Virus record (IMG/VR): IMGVR_UViG_3300014502_000004
Coordinates: 1-64,000 of that record
Strand: one strand, 5' to 3'
Source: a virus
Length of the DNA stretch: 64,000 nt
The notes under the pieces were generated by a model. The model was not told the origin of the DNA, ran no database searches, and saw only the letters and a list, made by a program, of their open reading frames with translations. Both the position numbers and the translations under genes were made by a program. Shown in pieces: positions 39,093 through 47,258 of the stretch (the stretch's first letter is position 1; each line of letters opens with the position of its first letter).

Positions 39093-39422
39093 ATGATGAA
39101 GATGCTTGACCCTGAGAACTTCGACCCAGCTACCAGAGCCTACCCCTTCCCTGATGGAGAGGTCTCTCCTGGGATCAGTGTCACCACGGACATTGTTGCC
39201 TTCCGTGGCCAGCGTGGACCCATCAAAGAGGTGGGTGCCAACGGGTGTCAGATCGATGACATGATCAAGTTCGCCCGTATGACCATCGAGGTCTTCAACA
39301 AGAAGTTCCCCTGTCGTGAGAATGCTCTGGCCATCACCAAGCTGGAGGAAGCCGAGATGTGGCTCCAGCGCAGGACAGAGAATCGGACGGCTCGAGGGGT
39401 CGAGGGTAGGAACGAGAAATGA
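39093..39422 (+). CDS. tad1: Tad1/Acb2-family anti-defence nucleotide sponge
   Basis: QRGPIKEVGANGCQIDD...FPCRENALAITKLEEAEMWLQRRTENRTARGVEG matches the Tad1 core as recalled. Confidence 0.8.
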   Translation: MMKMLDPENFDPATRAYPFPDGEVSPGISVTTDIVAFRGQRGPIKEVGANGCQIDDMIKFARMTIEVFNKKFPCRENALAITKLEEAEMWLQRRTENRTARGVEGRNEK

Positions 39423-39820
39423 CGACCAAGAAGGTTGTTCCCATGAATGATGAGCTGAAGAAGCAGTTGCCCAAGGAGAAGCTGACTGAACCTTGTCCAG
39501 TCAAGCTCTTCAACAACGTCGTGGATGCGGTGGCCACAGCAGCTCTGAGTCGCAGACCCCAGCTGATGGCAGCAGCCCTGAGTCAGATCACAGACCCCAA
39601 CATGCATTTGACTCATGAAGAGTCAGTGGCTGTTCTCAAGATCACCCAGGAGCTGATTGTTCAGTTGGAGGAGAAAGAGAACCAGAACCAGCTGCGGGCC
39701 ATGAACGAGAGGATCTTGACTCTGATGGAGAAGTATCGGAGTCTGGTGCCTGGCATGATCACCAACGCCTTCGATGAGATCACGGAGAAGCTCTGCGAGC
39801 CACTGCCAAAGGGGGTGTGA
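39419..39820 (+). CDS. Hypothetical protein
   Basis: ATGA overlap. Confidence 0.55.
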   Translation: MTTKKVVPMNDELKKQLPKEKLTEPCPVKLFNNVVDAVATAALSRRPQLMAAALSQITDPNMHLTHEESVAVLKITQELIVQLEEKENQNQLRAMNERILTLMEKYRSLVPGMITNAFDEITEKLCEPLPKGV

Positions 39821-40080
39821 AGATGTGGTGGCTGTCTTTTGCTGATCCCGACAGACCTGAAGGCACCCAGTTCTTGGGTGCAGCCATCGTCAGAGCGATG
39901 AGTTTCCTGGAGGCAGTCCAGGTAGCCCATCATTTGGGGATCAACTCAGGTGGTGAGGTTCAGTCTCTGCAGATTCCTCCAGAGATGAAGATTCCTGAGA
40001 AGTGGATCGAACGCCTGCTCACCAAGGCAGAGTGCGAGGAGTTCGACACGGAGATGTTGAGTGCCCAAGTCCAACTGTGA
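39817..40080 (+). CDS. Small phage protein
   Basis: WWLSFADP..P.G.QFLG..IV...GINSGGEV. Confidence 0.6.
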   Translation: MKMWWLSFADPDRPEGTQFLGAAIVRAMSFLEAVQVAHHLGINSGGEVQSLQIPPEMKIPEKWIERLLTKAECEEFDTEMLSAQVQL

Positions 40081-40281
40081 CTGTGACGGACGCTGCCCCC
40101 GCTGCTGCCATGCCCGTGGGGAGGAGATGGCAGCGTCTGATCTTGATGATCTGAAGAGGATGACTTGTTTGGTTTGTGAAACCAAATTGACGATGCCTGG
40201 GGGCTACTACGGGACAGGAATGTGTGGCCCTTGCTGCACAGGAGAGTCTGCGACCCTTCAGGAGAAAGGGATCAATTGGTG

Positions 40282-40554
40282 ATGGAGAAACATCTGGGAA
40301 GGAGCCAGCAAGCGGTCTTGGACTTTGTTCTGGCTCAGGACCATCCTGTTGACGCTGTGGAGGTTGGGTTGTCTCTCTATGAGAAGACGAGCAACGGTGC
40401 TCATCTCAGAACGTTCTGGTCCAAAGATCACAACTCTCGGTGTTGGGCTGGGAAGGTTCTGAATCTGTTGGTGCGGAGGGGCTACCTGCAGCGATGTGAG
40501 AAGAAAGGGTATTATGAGCCAGTTCCTCCTGCTGAGTGGTCACCTCATAAATAG
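40282..40554 (+). CDS. Winged-helix protein
   Basis: QQAVLDFV...DAVEVG...LNLLVRRGYLQR. Confidence 0.5.
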   Translation: MEKHLGRSQQAVLDFVLAQDHPVDAVEVGLSLYEKTSNGAHLRTFWSKDHNSRCWAGKVLNLLVRRGYLQRCEKKGYYEPVPPAEWSPHK

Positions 40555-40564
40555 GAGAAGGTTG

Positions 40565-40993
40565 ATGCCAGATGAATTGAAGTGGGGTTGGATGTACATC
40601 GATGCTGAAGCGGCTCATGGTGAGTTTGATACTAGAGAAGAAGCAATCAAAGATGCGATGAATGACAAAGATGAGAATGGTGTTGTAACTGATGATTCTT
40701 TTGAGCTTGTAGTTGGCAGGTGTGTGTATCCTGATCCAACCAATTATCTCGATGATGATCTAGATGATCTTCTAGAAAGAATGGATCAGAGAGCTTGTGA
40801 TGGTGATTTTGGTTTCTGGGAGGACGAGATCTTTACTGTTGCCGATCCTAAAGCTGCCCAAGAAGACCTGACCAAAGCTCTTGCAGAGTGGGCCAAGAAG
40901 CATATCCGGAAGCCAGATTGTTGGACGTTGGAGTCCACTGAGAAAGTGATTATTGGAAAAGTAGATGACAGATCAATTGAAGAGAAAGTATGA
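40565..40993 (+). CDS. Acidic phage protein
   Basis: AGGAG RBS; HGEFDTREEAI. Confidence 0.6.
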   Translation: MPDELKWGWMYIDAEAAHGEFDTREEAIKDAMNDKDENGVVTDDSFELVVGRCVYPDPTNYLDDDLDDLLERMDQRACDGDFGFWEDEIFTVADPKAAQEDLTKALAEWAKKHIRKPDCWTLESTEKVIIGKVDDRSIEEKV

Positions 40994-41621
40994 TGAGATT
41001 GCAGCTTACATCTATTCATTCTGTAAAAAGATGGGTTGTACTCCTAATGGAAAGTTGACAGGTCTTTGCTGCGATCATTTTACTTGTGATCTTATGCAAG
41101 AACAAGCTGGTCAGAAGTTCGAGATTGAGCTTGATTTTGAGAAGATGAATACGTTTGTCAATAGCGGTCATTGTATTGTCCCACCACATCTCAGACCACT
41201 GTGCTCTGTTCACGCATGTGAGAGACTGCAGTTGTGGGCTCCAGGTTTCTTTGATAAGTGGATGAGAATGCGTGAAGTTATTGAAGAGATGGAATACAGG
41301 GAGAGAAAGAAAATGAGTAAGAAGGTTAAGAGAGAAACGTTCAAGGTGGGTGACAAGGTTTGCTGGAGCAGTCAGGCAGGTAGCTACTGGAAAAAGAAGG
41401 AAGGGGTGGTCATCAGGGTTGTTGGAGCGGGTGAGCCATGTAACTGTACTGGTGATGAGATGGCTGAGTTCGATACTACGGCTGTGGGTTGCTTCTCTCG
41501 TGATCATGAGAGCTACGTGGTTTCAGTAACGAGTAACAAGGCAGGTAGGATCCCCAAGCTGTATCGTCCTGTGGTGGGCAGGCTCAAGCTTGTGGAGAGT
41601 GTAGGATCTGCGAATGAGTGA
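40965..41621 (+). CDS. Cys-rich plus SH3-like hypothetical protein
   Basis: CC...RPLCSVHAC; FKVGDKVCWSSQ. Confidence 0.5.
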   Translation: MTDQLKRKYDEIAAYIYSFCKKMGCTPNGKLTGLCCDHFTCDLMQEQAGQKFEIELDFEKMNTFVNSGHCIVPPHLRPLCSVHACERLQLWAPGFFDKWMRMREVIEEMEYRERKKMSKKVKRETFKVGDKVCWSSQAGSYWKKKEGVVIRVVGAGEPCNCTGDEMAEFDTTAVGCFSRDHESYVVSVTSNKAGRIPKLYRPVVGRLKLVESVGSANE

Positions 41622-42088
41622 GTTGGAGCAGACGGAGAAGATGCTGCTTCACGCAGATATCAAATACATCAAGACAGAAGGAGTAGACAAGGATTGGTCA
41701 GTGACCCATGGTGTCTGGTGGCTTCGGATTCCAACAAGTCGTGAAGTAGTGGTCTACACGTTCAATAAAGGTGATGGTAGACTTGTGCAACTCACGGTGG
41801 AGAACGATGACGACTGAAGAGAAGAAGGTTATTGATAAGATTCATGATATGTTTGGCTACACCTGGTTTACATCCAGGATGGTGAAGGTGAAGCTGGATG
41901 TATTGGGGCAGATGGAGAAGAAGAATCTGTTGGAGTCTGGTAGGGCTGTGGCAGGTGGTGCTACTATATTCCGTATCAAACCATAATGTAGTTAGTGTGA
42001 TCCTATGTAGTATCCCCAATAAAAAGATGGTGTTGTGAGTCAAATTGCTAAGGCTGCAATTAAATCAACATCGTAGTGGAGATTATAA

Positions 42089-42535
42089 ATGGATGTCACT
42101 GTGGAATGTACTGGACAGGAAGTAGTCAATGCTGGCAAAGGTGAAGATACTGTCAAGGAGGCAAGTGAGGTCTGCTACAGAGAATGGCTATCTAGCATGC
42201 CATTCTGCACATCTTTTGTTAGTTCCAGTGCTGGTTGGGTTAGTACAGATGATAATTATCAGAATGATGTGTTTGAGATCTCGTTCATCATGTTTGACGG
42301 TGAAAATCAATTCAACATCGATCATAAGATCCACGAACGTGAAGATGCTTATGAAGCACTAGAAGCTATGGATCGTATTCGACGGGCTCTGGATTTTCTG
42401 GAGCGACGAATGAAGGAGTCTGGTTTTGGAAGAGAAGAAAATACAGCAGATGAGCCTCCCGCTGGTACCAAAGAACCCGGAGGAGGTACGAAGGGCAGCC
42501 CTTCTGGCGAATCAGTTTCTAAAGTTTCTGGATAA
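42089..42535 (+). CDS. Hypothetical protein
   Basis: GGAG RBS. Confidence 0.55.
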   Translation: MDVTVECTGQEVVNAGKGEDTVKEASEVCYREWLSSMPFCTSFVSSSAGWVSTDDNYQNDVFEISFIMFDGENQFNIDHKIHEREDAYEALEAMDRIRRALDFLERRMKESGFGREENTADEPPAGTKEPGGGTKGSPSGESVSKVSG

Positions 42536-42647
42536 TGAGGGGTATAGGATTGAGCTTCTTCAAACGGAGGAGTTTCTTAGACTGACGGGGTGTCACGAGG
42601 GTGAGTTATACTTTGCGATGCGTTGCAAGGTGTTCAAGAAGTAGGAG

Positions 42648-42851
42648 ATGACGATGCAAACTATTATTGTTGATTCGGACAAGCATGATCCCGACAGAAT
42701 CATGATCACTATAAGAGAAGCCAGTGGTTTTGGTCACACTGTCAGAGTCGAGAAGATACTTATACCACAGTTGATTATTGATCTAGAACATCAACTTCCA
42801 GAAGAGTCAATAGTGGTTGACGACGAAGTAGGAGATGACGATGCAGGTTAG
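42648..42851 (+). CDS. Small hypothetical protein flanked by 21-bp direct repeats
   Basis: AGGAG RBS; repeats at 42638-42658 and 42825-42845. Confidence 0.55.
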   Translation: MTMQTIIVDSDKHDPDRIMITIREASGFGHTVRVEKILIPQLIIDLEHQLPEESIVVDDEVGDDDAG

Positions 42852-43287
42852 ACTTTCGCCAGGTGAGTCCGTGTTTGTGACTTTTGATGATGCTGACGGG
42901 TCAGACGACGGGATCAGAATCGAGTACGATGTCAATAGAAGCAACAAGTTGGTGTTAACAGCCAGCTACGAGGACGATGACGGTAGACACGGAGAGATCT
43001 ACTGTGCTACCTTCGACGACGATCCCAAAATGAACCTTGGAAAGAAGATCACTTCTGTTGCAGATGACCGGGATGAAGTCCTCAAGGTCATCATCTGCAC
43101 CAGCTGCGGGGGCAAGTTTGACTTCACCAAAGGTGAAGAGCGTTTCATGAGGACGGTTTTCAAGGACAATTATCACGATCCAGTTCGCTGCCATCGTTGC
43201 CGAAAGATTCGGATGAGCCGTCGGCAGGAGGCAGAAAAGAAAGTCGATAATGATGAAGATCAAAAAGTGCCCGGTGACGATAATTGA
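42835..43287 (+). CDS. Protein with C-terminal zinc-ribbon (zf-trcl-like)
   Basis: ICTSCGGKFDFTKGEERF...PVRCHRCR. Confidence 0.7.
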   Translation: MTMQVRLSPGESVFVTFDDADGSDDGIRIEYDVNRSNKLVLTASYEDDDGRHGEIYCATFDDDPKMNLGKKITSVADDRDEVLKVIICTSCGGKFDFTKGEERFMRTVFKDNYHDPVRCHRCRKIRMSRRQEAEKKVDNDEDQKVPGDDN

Positions 43288-43963
43288 AGGATTGATTGGG
43301 TCTGGTAAATCGACGTTGGCTAATGAACTTGGTGATGCTCTAGGACCAACAACTTTGGTTCTGAAGGAGCCTGACGAGAAGGGAGCAGCCAATCCCTACC
43401 TGGCTGACTACTACAAAGACTCCAAGAGATGGTCTCTGACCATGCAGCTTCATTTGTTGGGCAAGCGTTTCAGTATGCATCAGGATGCTCAGTGGCATGC
43501 TTTGAACGGCAGAGGCCCAGCTGTTCTTGATCGAAGCTATTATGGGGACACTTCTTTTGCTCGTGTTCAGAGATCAATGGGTTTGATGTCAGAGAGGGAG
43601 TTCGAGACATACCAGGTGCTCTACCATGAGATGACAGCCTTCGTTCTCTACCCAACATTCTGTGTCAGAATACTTGTTGATCCTGAAGTATGTAACCAAA
43701 GGATTCAAAACAGGATGGAGAAGGAGCAGGGAAGGAAGTGTGAGCAGGCGATTGACCTGGACTACCTAAGAAATCTGGACAGAGAAATAGGTCATGTGGT
43801 ATCAGTATTGAGGAGTCAGGGTGTGATCATCATCGATATGCCTTGGGACACAGACAGAGAAACCAAAGAACAGCGTGAACGTTCAGTACAAAGCTTAGCG
43901 TCTAGAATCATGTCTGTTGATCCTCCAGATATGTTCCTGGACCTTCACCGAAGGACACTTTGA
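43250..43963 (+). CDS. Deoxynucleoside kinase
   Basis: IEGLIGSGKST, EP, YLADYY.D.KRW, LDRS..GD..FA, lid RIQNR. Confidence 0.9.
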   Translation: MMKIKKCPVTIIEGLIGSGKSTLANELGDALGPTTLVLKEPDEKGAANPYLADYYKDSKRWSLTMQLHLLGKRFSMHQDAQWHALNGRGPAVLDRSYYGDTSFARVQRSMGLMSEREFETYQVLYHEMTAFVLYPTFCVRILVDPEVCNQRIQNRMEKEQGRKCEQAIDLDYLRNLDREIGHVVSVLRSQGVIIIDMPWDTDRETKEQRERSVQSLASRIMSVDPPDMFLDLHRRTL

Positions 43964-44376
43964 TGAATCAGTACGAGACAGTTGAGATTCTTGAGAAGAT
44001 CGAGGGGTTAGTTAACAACCGACCTGTTTCCTTGGCTCTTGAGCTTCAATCGAAGATCAATGAGGATGGCAGGAAGGGTAATCCCTATCCGATTTTGAAG
44101 GTGAACATCAACGGGAGAGAGCAGTTCTACTTCATCGACATTGCTGAAAAGGTCCATGAGATGCTTGGGCAGCTTCTCCCCAAGGCGCTACAGATCAAGT
44201 CTGAGCACGACGCAGCTTTCAAGTCTCGCCGGGAAGCATGGGAGAAGCGTCAGCAGAGCAACCCCAATATTGGTCAGGGACGTATTGTGGTTCCTCCCCC
44301 AGTCGAAGAGGAGCCTGCCAAGCCTCCTCGTCGGAATGGGAAGGATAGAAGGGATAGGGACGAGCAGGACGATTGA
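43960..44376 (+). CDS. Hypothetical protein
   Basis: ORF tiling. Confidence 0.55.
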   Translation: MMNQYETVEILEKIEGLVNNRPVSLALELQSKINEDGRKGNPYPILKVNINGREQFYFIDIAEKVHEMLGQLLPKALQIKSEHDAAFKSRREAWEKRQQSNPNIGQGRIVVPPPVEEEPAKPPRRNGKDRRDRDEQDD

Positions 44377-44687
44377 TGCTTCGCCATAGTTATCGTCGCC
44401 GCCCTGGGGTGACACATGACGACAGGATAAAGGCAGCCTGGCTCCAGGCCAAGTTTTCATCTTGGCCTCCTCACATTGGAACGAAGGTAAAGATGTGGTG
44501 GCCCGAGCTACGAGGGAAGGTAGCCCTTGTAGTGGCTACGGAGCAGTACATCAAGCTGGGGTTCAAGAGCGTTCGGGTTGGCACCAACAAGGTGCGAATT
44601 CAATGTGGGGCTTTGGTGGCTCTTGTGCGAGATGTTGATGTCTTTCCTCCTGAGTTCTCCGTCAAAGACATCTTGAAGATTCTCTAG
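44373..44687 (+). CDS. Hypothetical protein
   Basis: ORF tiling. Confidence 0.5.
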   Translation: MMLRHSYRRRPGVTHDDRIKAAWLQAKFSSWPPHIGTKVKMWWPELRGKVALVVATEQYIKLGFKSVRVGTNKVRIQCGALVALVRDVDVFPPEFSVKDILKIL

Positions 44688-44896
44688 AACCGTATTCCAT
44701 ACTCCATCAGCTCAATCCTCGGTGTTGTAGGCCGGCTCGTTGATCATTCTAGGTTTCTAGAAACTGTGGCGGTCAGTGGACTACGCATGCGTAGTTAGGG
44801 ACTTACCTTAACTACTGTTGGATAACTATTTGAAGTTATTGGGATATCTTCTGTAACCTCCGTAAAATGCCTCTTTAAAAGTAGAAAGAAAGGGGC

Positions 44897-44927
44897 TGTA
44901 AAATGCCTCTCTCGTTTGTACTATAGG
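44897..44927 (+). promoter_or_regulatory. Phage-specific promoter motif, copy 3
   Basis: TGTAAAA-N12-TTGTACTATAGG immediately upstream of the histone gene. Confidence 0.75.
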
Positions 44928-44945
44928 ATTACAGGAGGTTGACCC

Positions 44946-45122
44946 ATGATTCTTGTTGTGGTTTCCAAGCTTAAGGCGCTTGTTAAGGCTGGAGGTCTCA
45001 GAACTTCTGCTGAATTCGTAGAAGCTCTCAACTCCAAGGTGGCAGAAATTGTGATCCAAGCTGCCCAGAATTGCAAAGAAGACGGAGATCGAAAGACGCT
45101 GAAACCAAAAGATCTGGCTTGA
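44946..45122 (+). CDS. Bacterial-type histone-fold protein (58 aa, not in ORF track)
   Basis: MILVVVSKLKALVKAGGLRTSAEFVEALNSKVAEIVIQAAQNCKEDGDRKTLKPKDLA; AGGAGG RBS; RKT...D histone L2/alpha3 signature. Confidence 0.88.
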   Translation: MILVVVSKLKALVKAGGLRTSAEFVEALNSKVAEIVIQAAQNCKEDGDRKTLKPKDLA

Positions 45123-45131
45123 GTTTTCTAG

Positions 45132-45160
45132 TTGACACTGGAGATGGTGTTAGCTAGGGT
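45132..45160 (+). promoter_or_regulatory. Sigma70-like promoter
   Basis: TTGACA-N17-TAGGGT. Confidence 0.6.
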
Positions 45161-45378
45161 GGAGTTTCATGGCTGCTTGGTTTGATAGCACTTTGTTCTT
45201 TCCGCTGGTGCTAGTCACCAACCTGAGGATCAATAGTGTCAGTCGGAATCAAGTTTGTTGGTATGAGCTGTGAAGAGTTACCTAGCCCGTAGCCCTCCCA
45301 CAGCTCGCCAGCAGTAGGACGGGGAGGCACACCTGGCCAAATGGTGTCTCATTTTCTTCTTACTATCTGGTGAAATTG

Positions 45379-45606
45379 ATGAATCCATATGGAACATCAG
45401 AGTGGACTGATGTTGATACATCTTCTCTCATCACTGGTCTTGGCATCATCGAAGATGATCTTGTGGTCAGATTCAAAAATGGTGATGCGTATTTATATCC
45501 AGGTCTTGCATCGGATTACAAAGCTCTACTCGAAGCGTCTTCCGCCGGAGGATATTTCCATCAGTGGGTCAGAAAACAACGATGTCAAAAGTTACCTAGA
45601 GAGTGA
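45379..45606 (+). CDS. KTSC domain protein
   Basis: SSLI...LVVRFKNG.AY.Y...Y.ALL.A.SAGGYFHQWVR. Confidence 0.8.
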   Translation: MNPYGTSEWTDVDTSSLITGLGIIEDDLVVRFKNGDAYLYPGLASDYKALLEASSAGGYFHQWVRKQRCQKLPRE

Positions 45607-45613
45607 GGAATGC

Positions 45614-45829
45614 ATGGAAGTGATTGATCTTGTCAAGAGGAGGAAGGAAGATTTGTTTTTGCTAGGGTGTGCCAGGAAGTTGTTTCCGTGTGCAGAGGTG
45701 ATTATTCCTGTTCCAGATCTACCCTCTATGATCATTTCGAGAGAAGGCGGGCTTATTGCCTACGGTTGGGTCAACGAAAAGGGGCACGCTGAGTTCAAGT
45801 TGGCGGTCCCTCACGCGGAGCTGAGCTGA
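45614..45829 (+). CDS. Hypothetical protein
   Basis: GAGG RBS. Confidence 0.5.
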   Translation: MEVIDLVKRRKEDLFLLGCARKLFPCAEVIIPVPDLPSMIISREGGLIAYGWVNEKGHAEFKLAVPHAELS

Positions 45830-46119
45830 TGCTGCTGGAAGATTGTCCTCTGTGCAAGCTGATTGCAGAAAATCGATCTTTGCAGAAGGGGAATTACTGC
45901 TGCAAGATCGATAAGGACGGTAACACTCTTGTAGTGGGTTCTGATCACAAAGCCCATGCGGGTTTCCAGGGGTATTTAGAAGCTTGTGATCTCTTGCTTG
46001 GGGATGGAAAGTCTCCAGCCAATGGCATCATCAAAGAGGTCATGGATTGGCCTGGCCATTGGGCTGTGGAGCTGAAGATCCTCAGCGAGGGTGCTGGAAA
46101 ATCTATCGCAAATTCTTGA
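45829..46119 (+). CDS. Hypothetical protein (CxxC)
   Basis: TGATG coupling. Confidence 0.5.
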   Translation: MLLEDCPLCKLIAENRSLQKGNYCCKIDKDGNTLVVGSDHKAHAGFQGYLEACDLLLGDGKSPANGIIKEVMDWPGHWAVELKILSEGAGKSIANS

Positions 46120-46145
46120 CAACTTCCTAGAAACTGGCGTAAGGT
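46116..46145 (+). promoter_or_regulatory. Sigma70-like promoter
   Basis: TTGACA-N18-TAAGGT. Confidence 0.55.
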
Positions 46146-46401
46146 GATCTCTCTTGGGCTAGGTAAGCGAGATCTCCTTGTCACTATTCGACCAAACCAC
46201 CTTTCCTGTTCCATTCGTCTGTCCACATTGCAACAAGAGTCTGTGGGAAGAGAACGGGGCTGTTCCTGTTTGTGGATGCCCAGAGTCTCAGGCTGCTGAA
46301 GTGAAGTTCCGTGAGGCCAGTAAGGCTCTAGCTCGACAGAGGCAGGAACAGGAGCCCTCATTCTTTGAGATCAGAATGATGAGAAAGTTGAGGACCAGAC
46401 G

Positions 46402-46644
46402 ATGATGTCCATGGTGCGCTGGTTTCTGATCCTTGTCGTGTTGAGTGGTTGTGGTTCACCTTGTCCGCAAATCAAAGACACTCGCTGTTCTGGGAGTGTT
46501 GTGCAGGTTTGTGGTTCCAACAAGAAGTGGCAGCGTGTTATGGACTGCTCACAGATCAAGGTGATCAAAGCTGGTGTGCCACAGATATGGAACTGTTCTG
46601 AGGCGCCGGGCAAAGGTTGCACCTGTGTTCCGGGAGGTAAGTGA
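46402..46644 (+). CDS. Cys-rich putative lipoprotein
   Basis: Signal peptide with LSGC lipobox; multiple Cys. Confidence 0.65.
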   Translation: MMSMVRWFLILVVLSGCGSPCPQIKDTRCSGSVVQVCGSNKKWQRVMDCSQIKVIKAGVPQIWNCSEAPGKGCTCVPGGK

Positions 46645-47234
46645 TGCTTACTCAACAGAAGGTGGAAGATTTCTGGACTTTTATGCTGGGTAAGTTTGGA
46701 AGTTCAGTTGAGCAGAAGAACGATGCTTTAGTTATGCAGGTAGCTGCGGAACTTCTCAATGCTCTGAAGATTCAGGATAAGGATCAGTTCCTGAAGGATT
46801 TCGTAACCACTCTTTTCAATACGATATACATCCCATTCATAATTGGAGTTGAGGACAGTCGTTGGTCTCTTTGGGGTCAGGTACGGGTTTGTGTTCACGA
46901 GCATCAACACGTCATTCAAGGTGGAAGGGATGGATGGGCTCAATTTAGTTCGAAGTATCTTACTTCATCATCATTTCGAGCAGGGTGCGAGGGAGAAGCT
47001 TTTGGGTGTGATCTAGAGATGGAGTTCTGGAGAACTGGTCAGATCCTGAATATTGATCAGAGGGCTTCTGTTTTGAAGGGGTATGGGTGCAGTGATGAGG
47101 ACATTGAGATGGTGAAGCAGATGTTGAACATCAGAGCTGATGTAGTGAGACAGGGTGTGATTGAAACTGAATCAGCTAAGGTTGCCATTGATTGGTTAGA
47201 GGCTCATGTAGATGGGCTACGAGAGCTTCGGTAG
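46641..47234 (+). CDS. Zincin-like (HExxH) protein
   Basis: VHEHQHVIQ...EGEAF. Confidence 0.6.
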   Translation: MMLTQQKVEDFWTFMLGKFGSSVEQKNDALVMQVAAELLNALKIQDKDQFLKDFVTTLFNTIYIPFIIGVEDSRWSLWGQVRVCVHEHQHVIQGGRDGWAQFSSKYLTSSSFRAGCEGEAFGCDLEMEFWRTGQILNIDQRASVLKGYGCSDEDIEMVKQMLNIRADVVRQGVIETESAKVAIDWLEAHVDGLRELR

Positions 47235-47258
47235 ATAAACTCAGATCGGAGGAAGACC

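Noticed and set aside
40965-41621. Possible fusion of two genes (internal ATG near 41313)
   Set aside because: Cannot distinguish a true fusion from a lost stop codon without homologs
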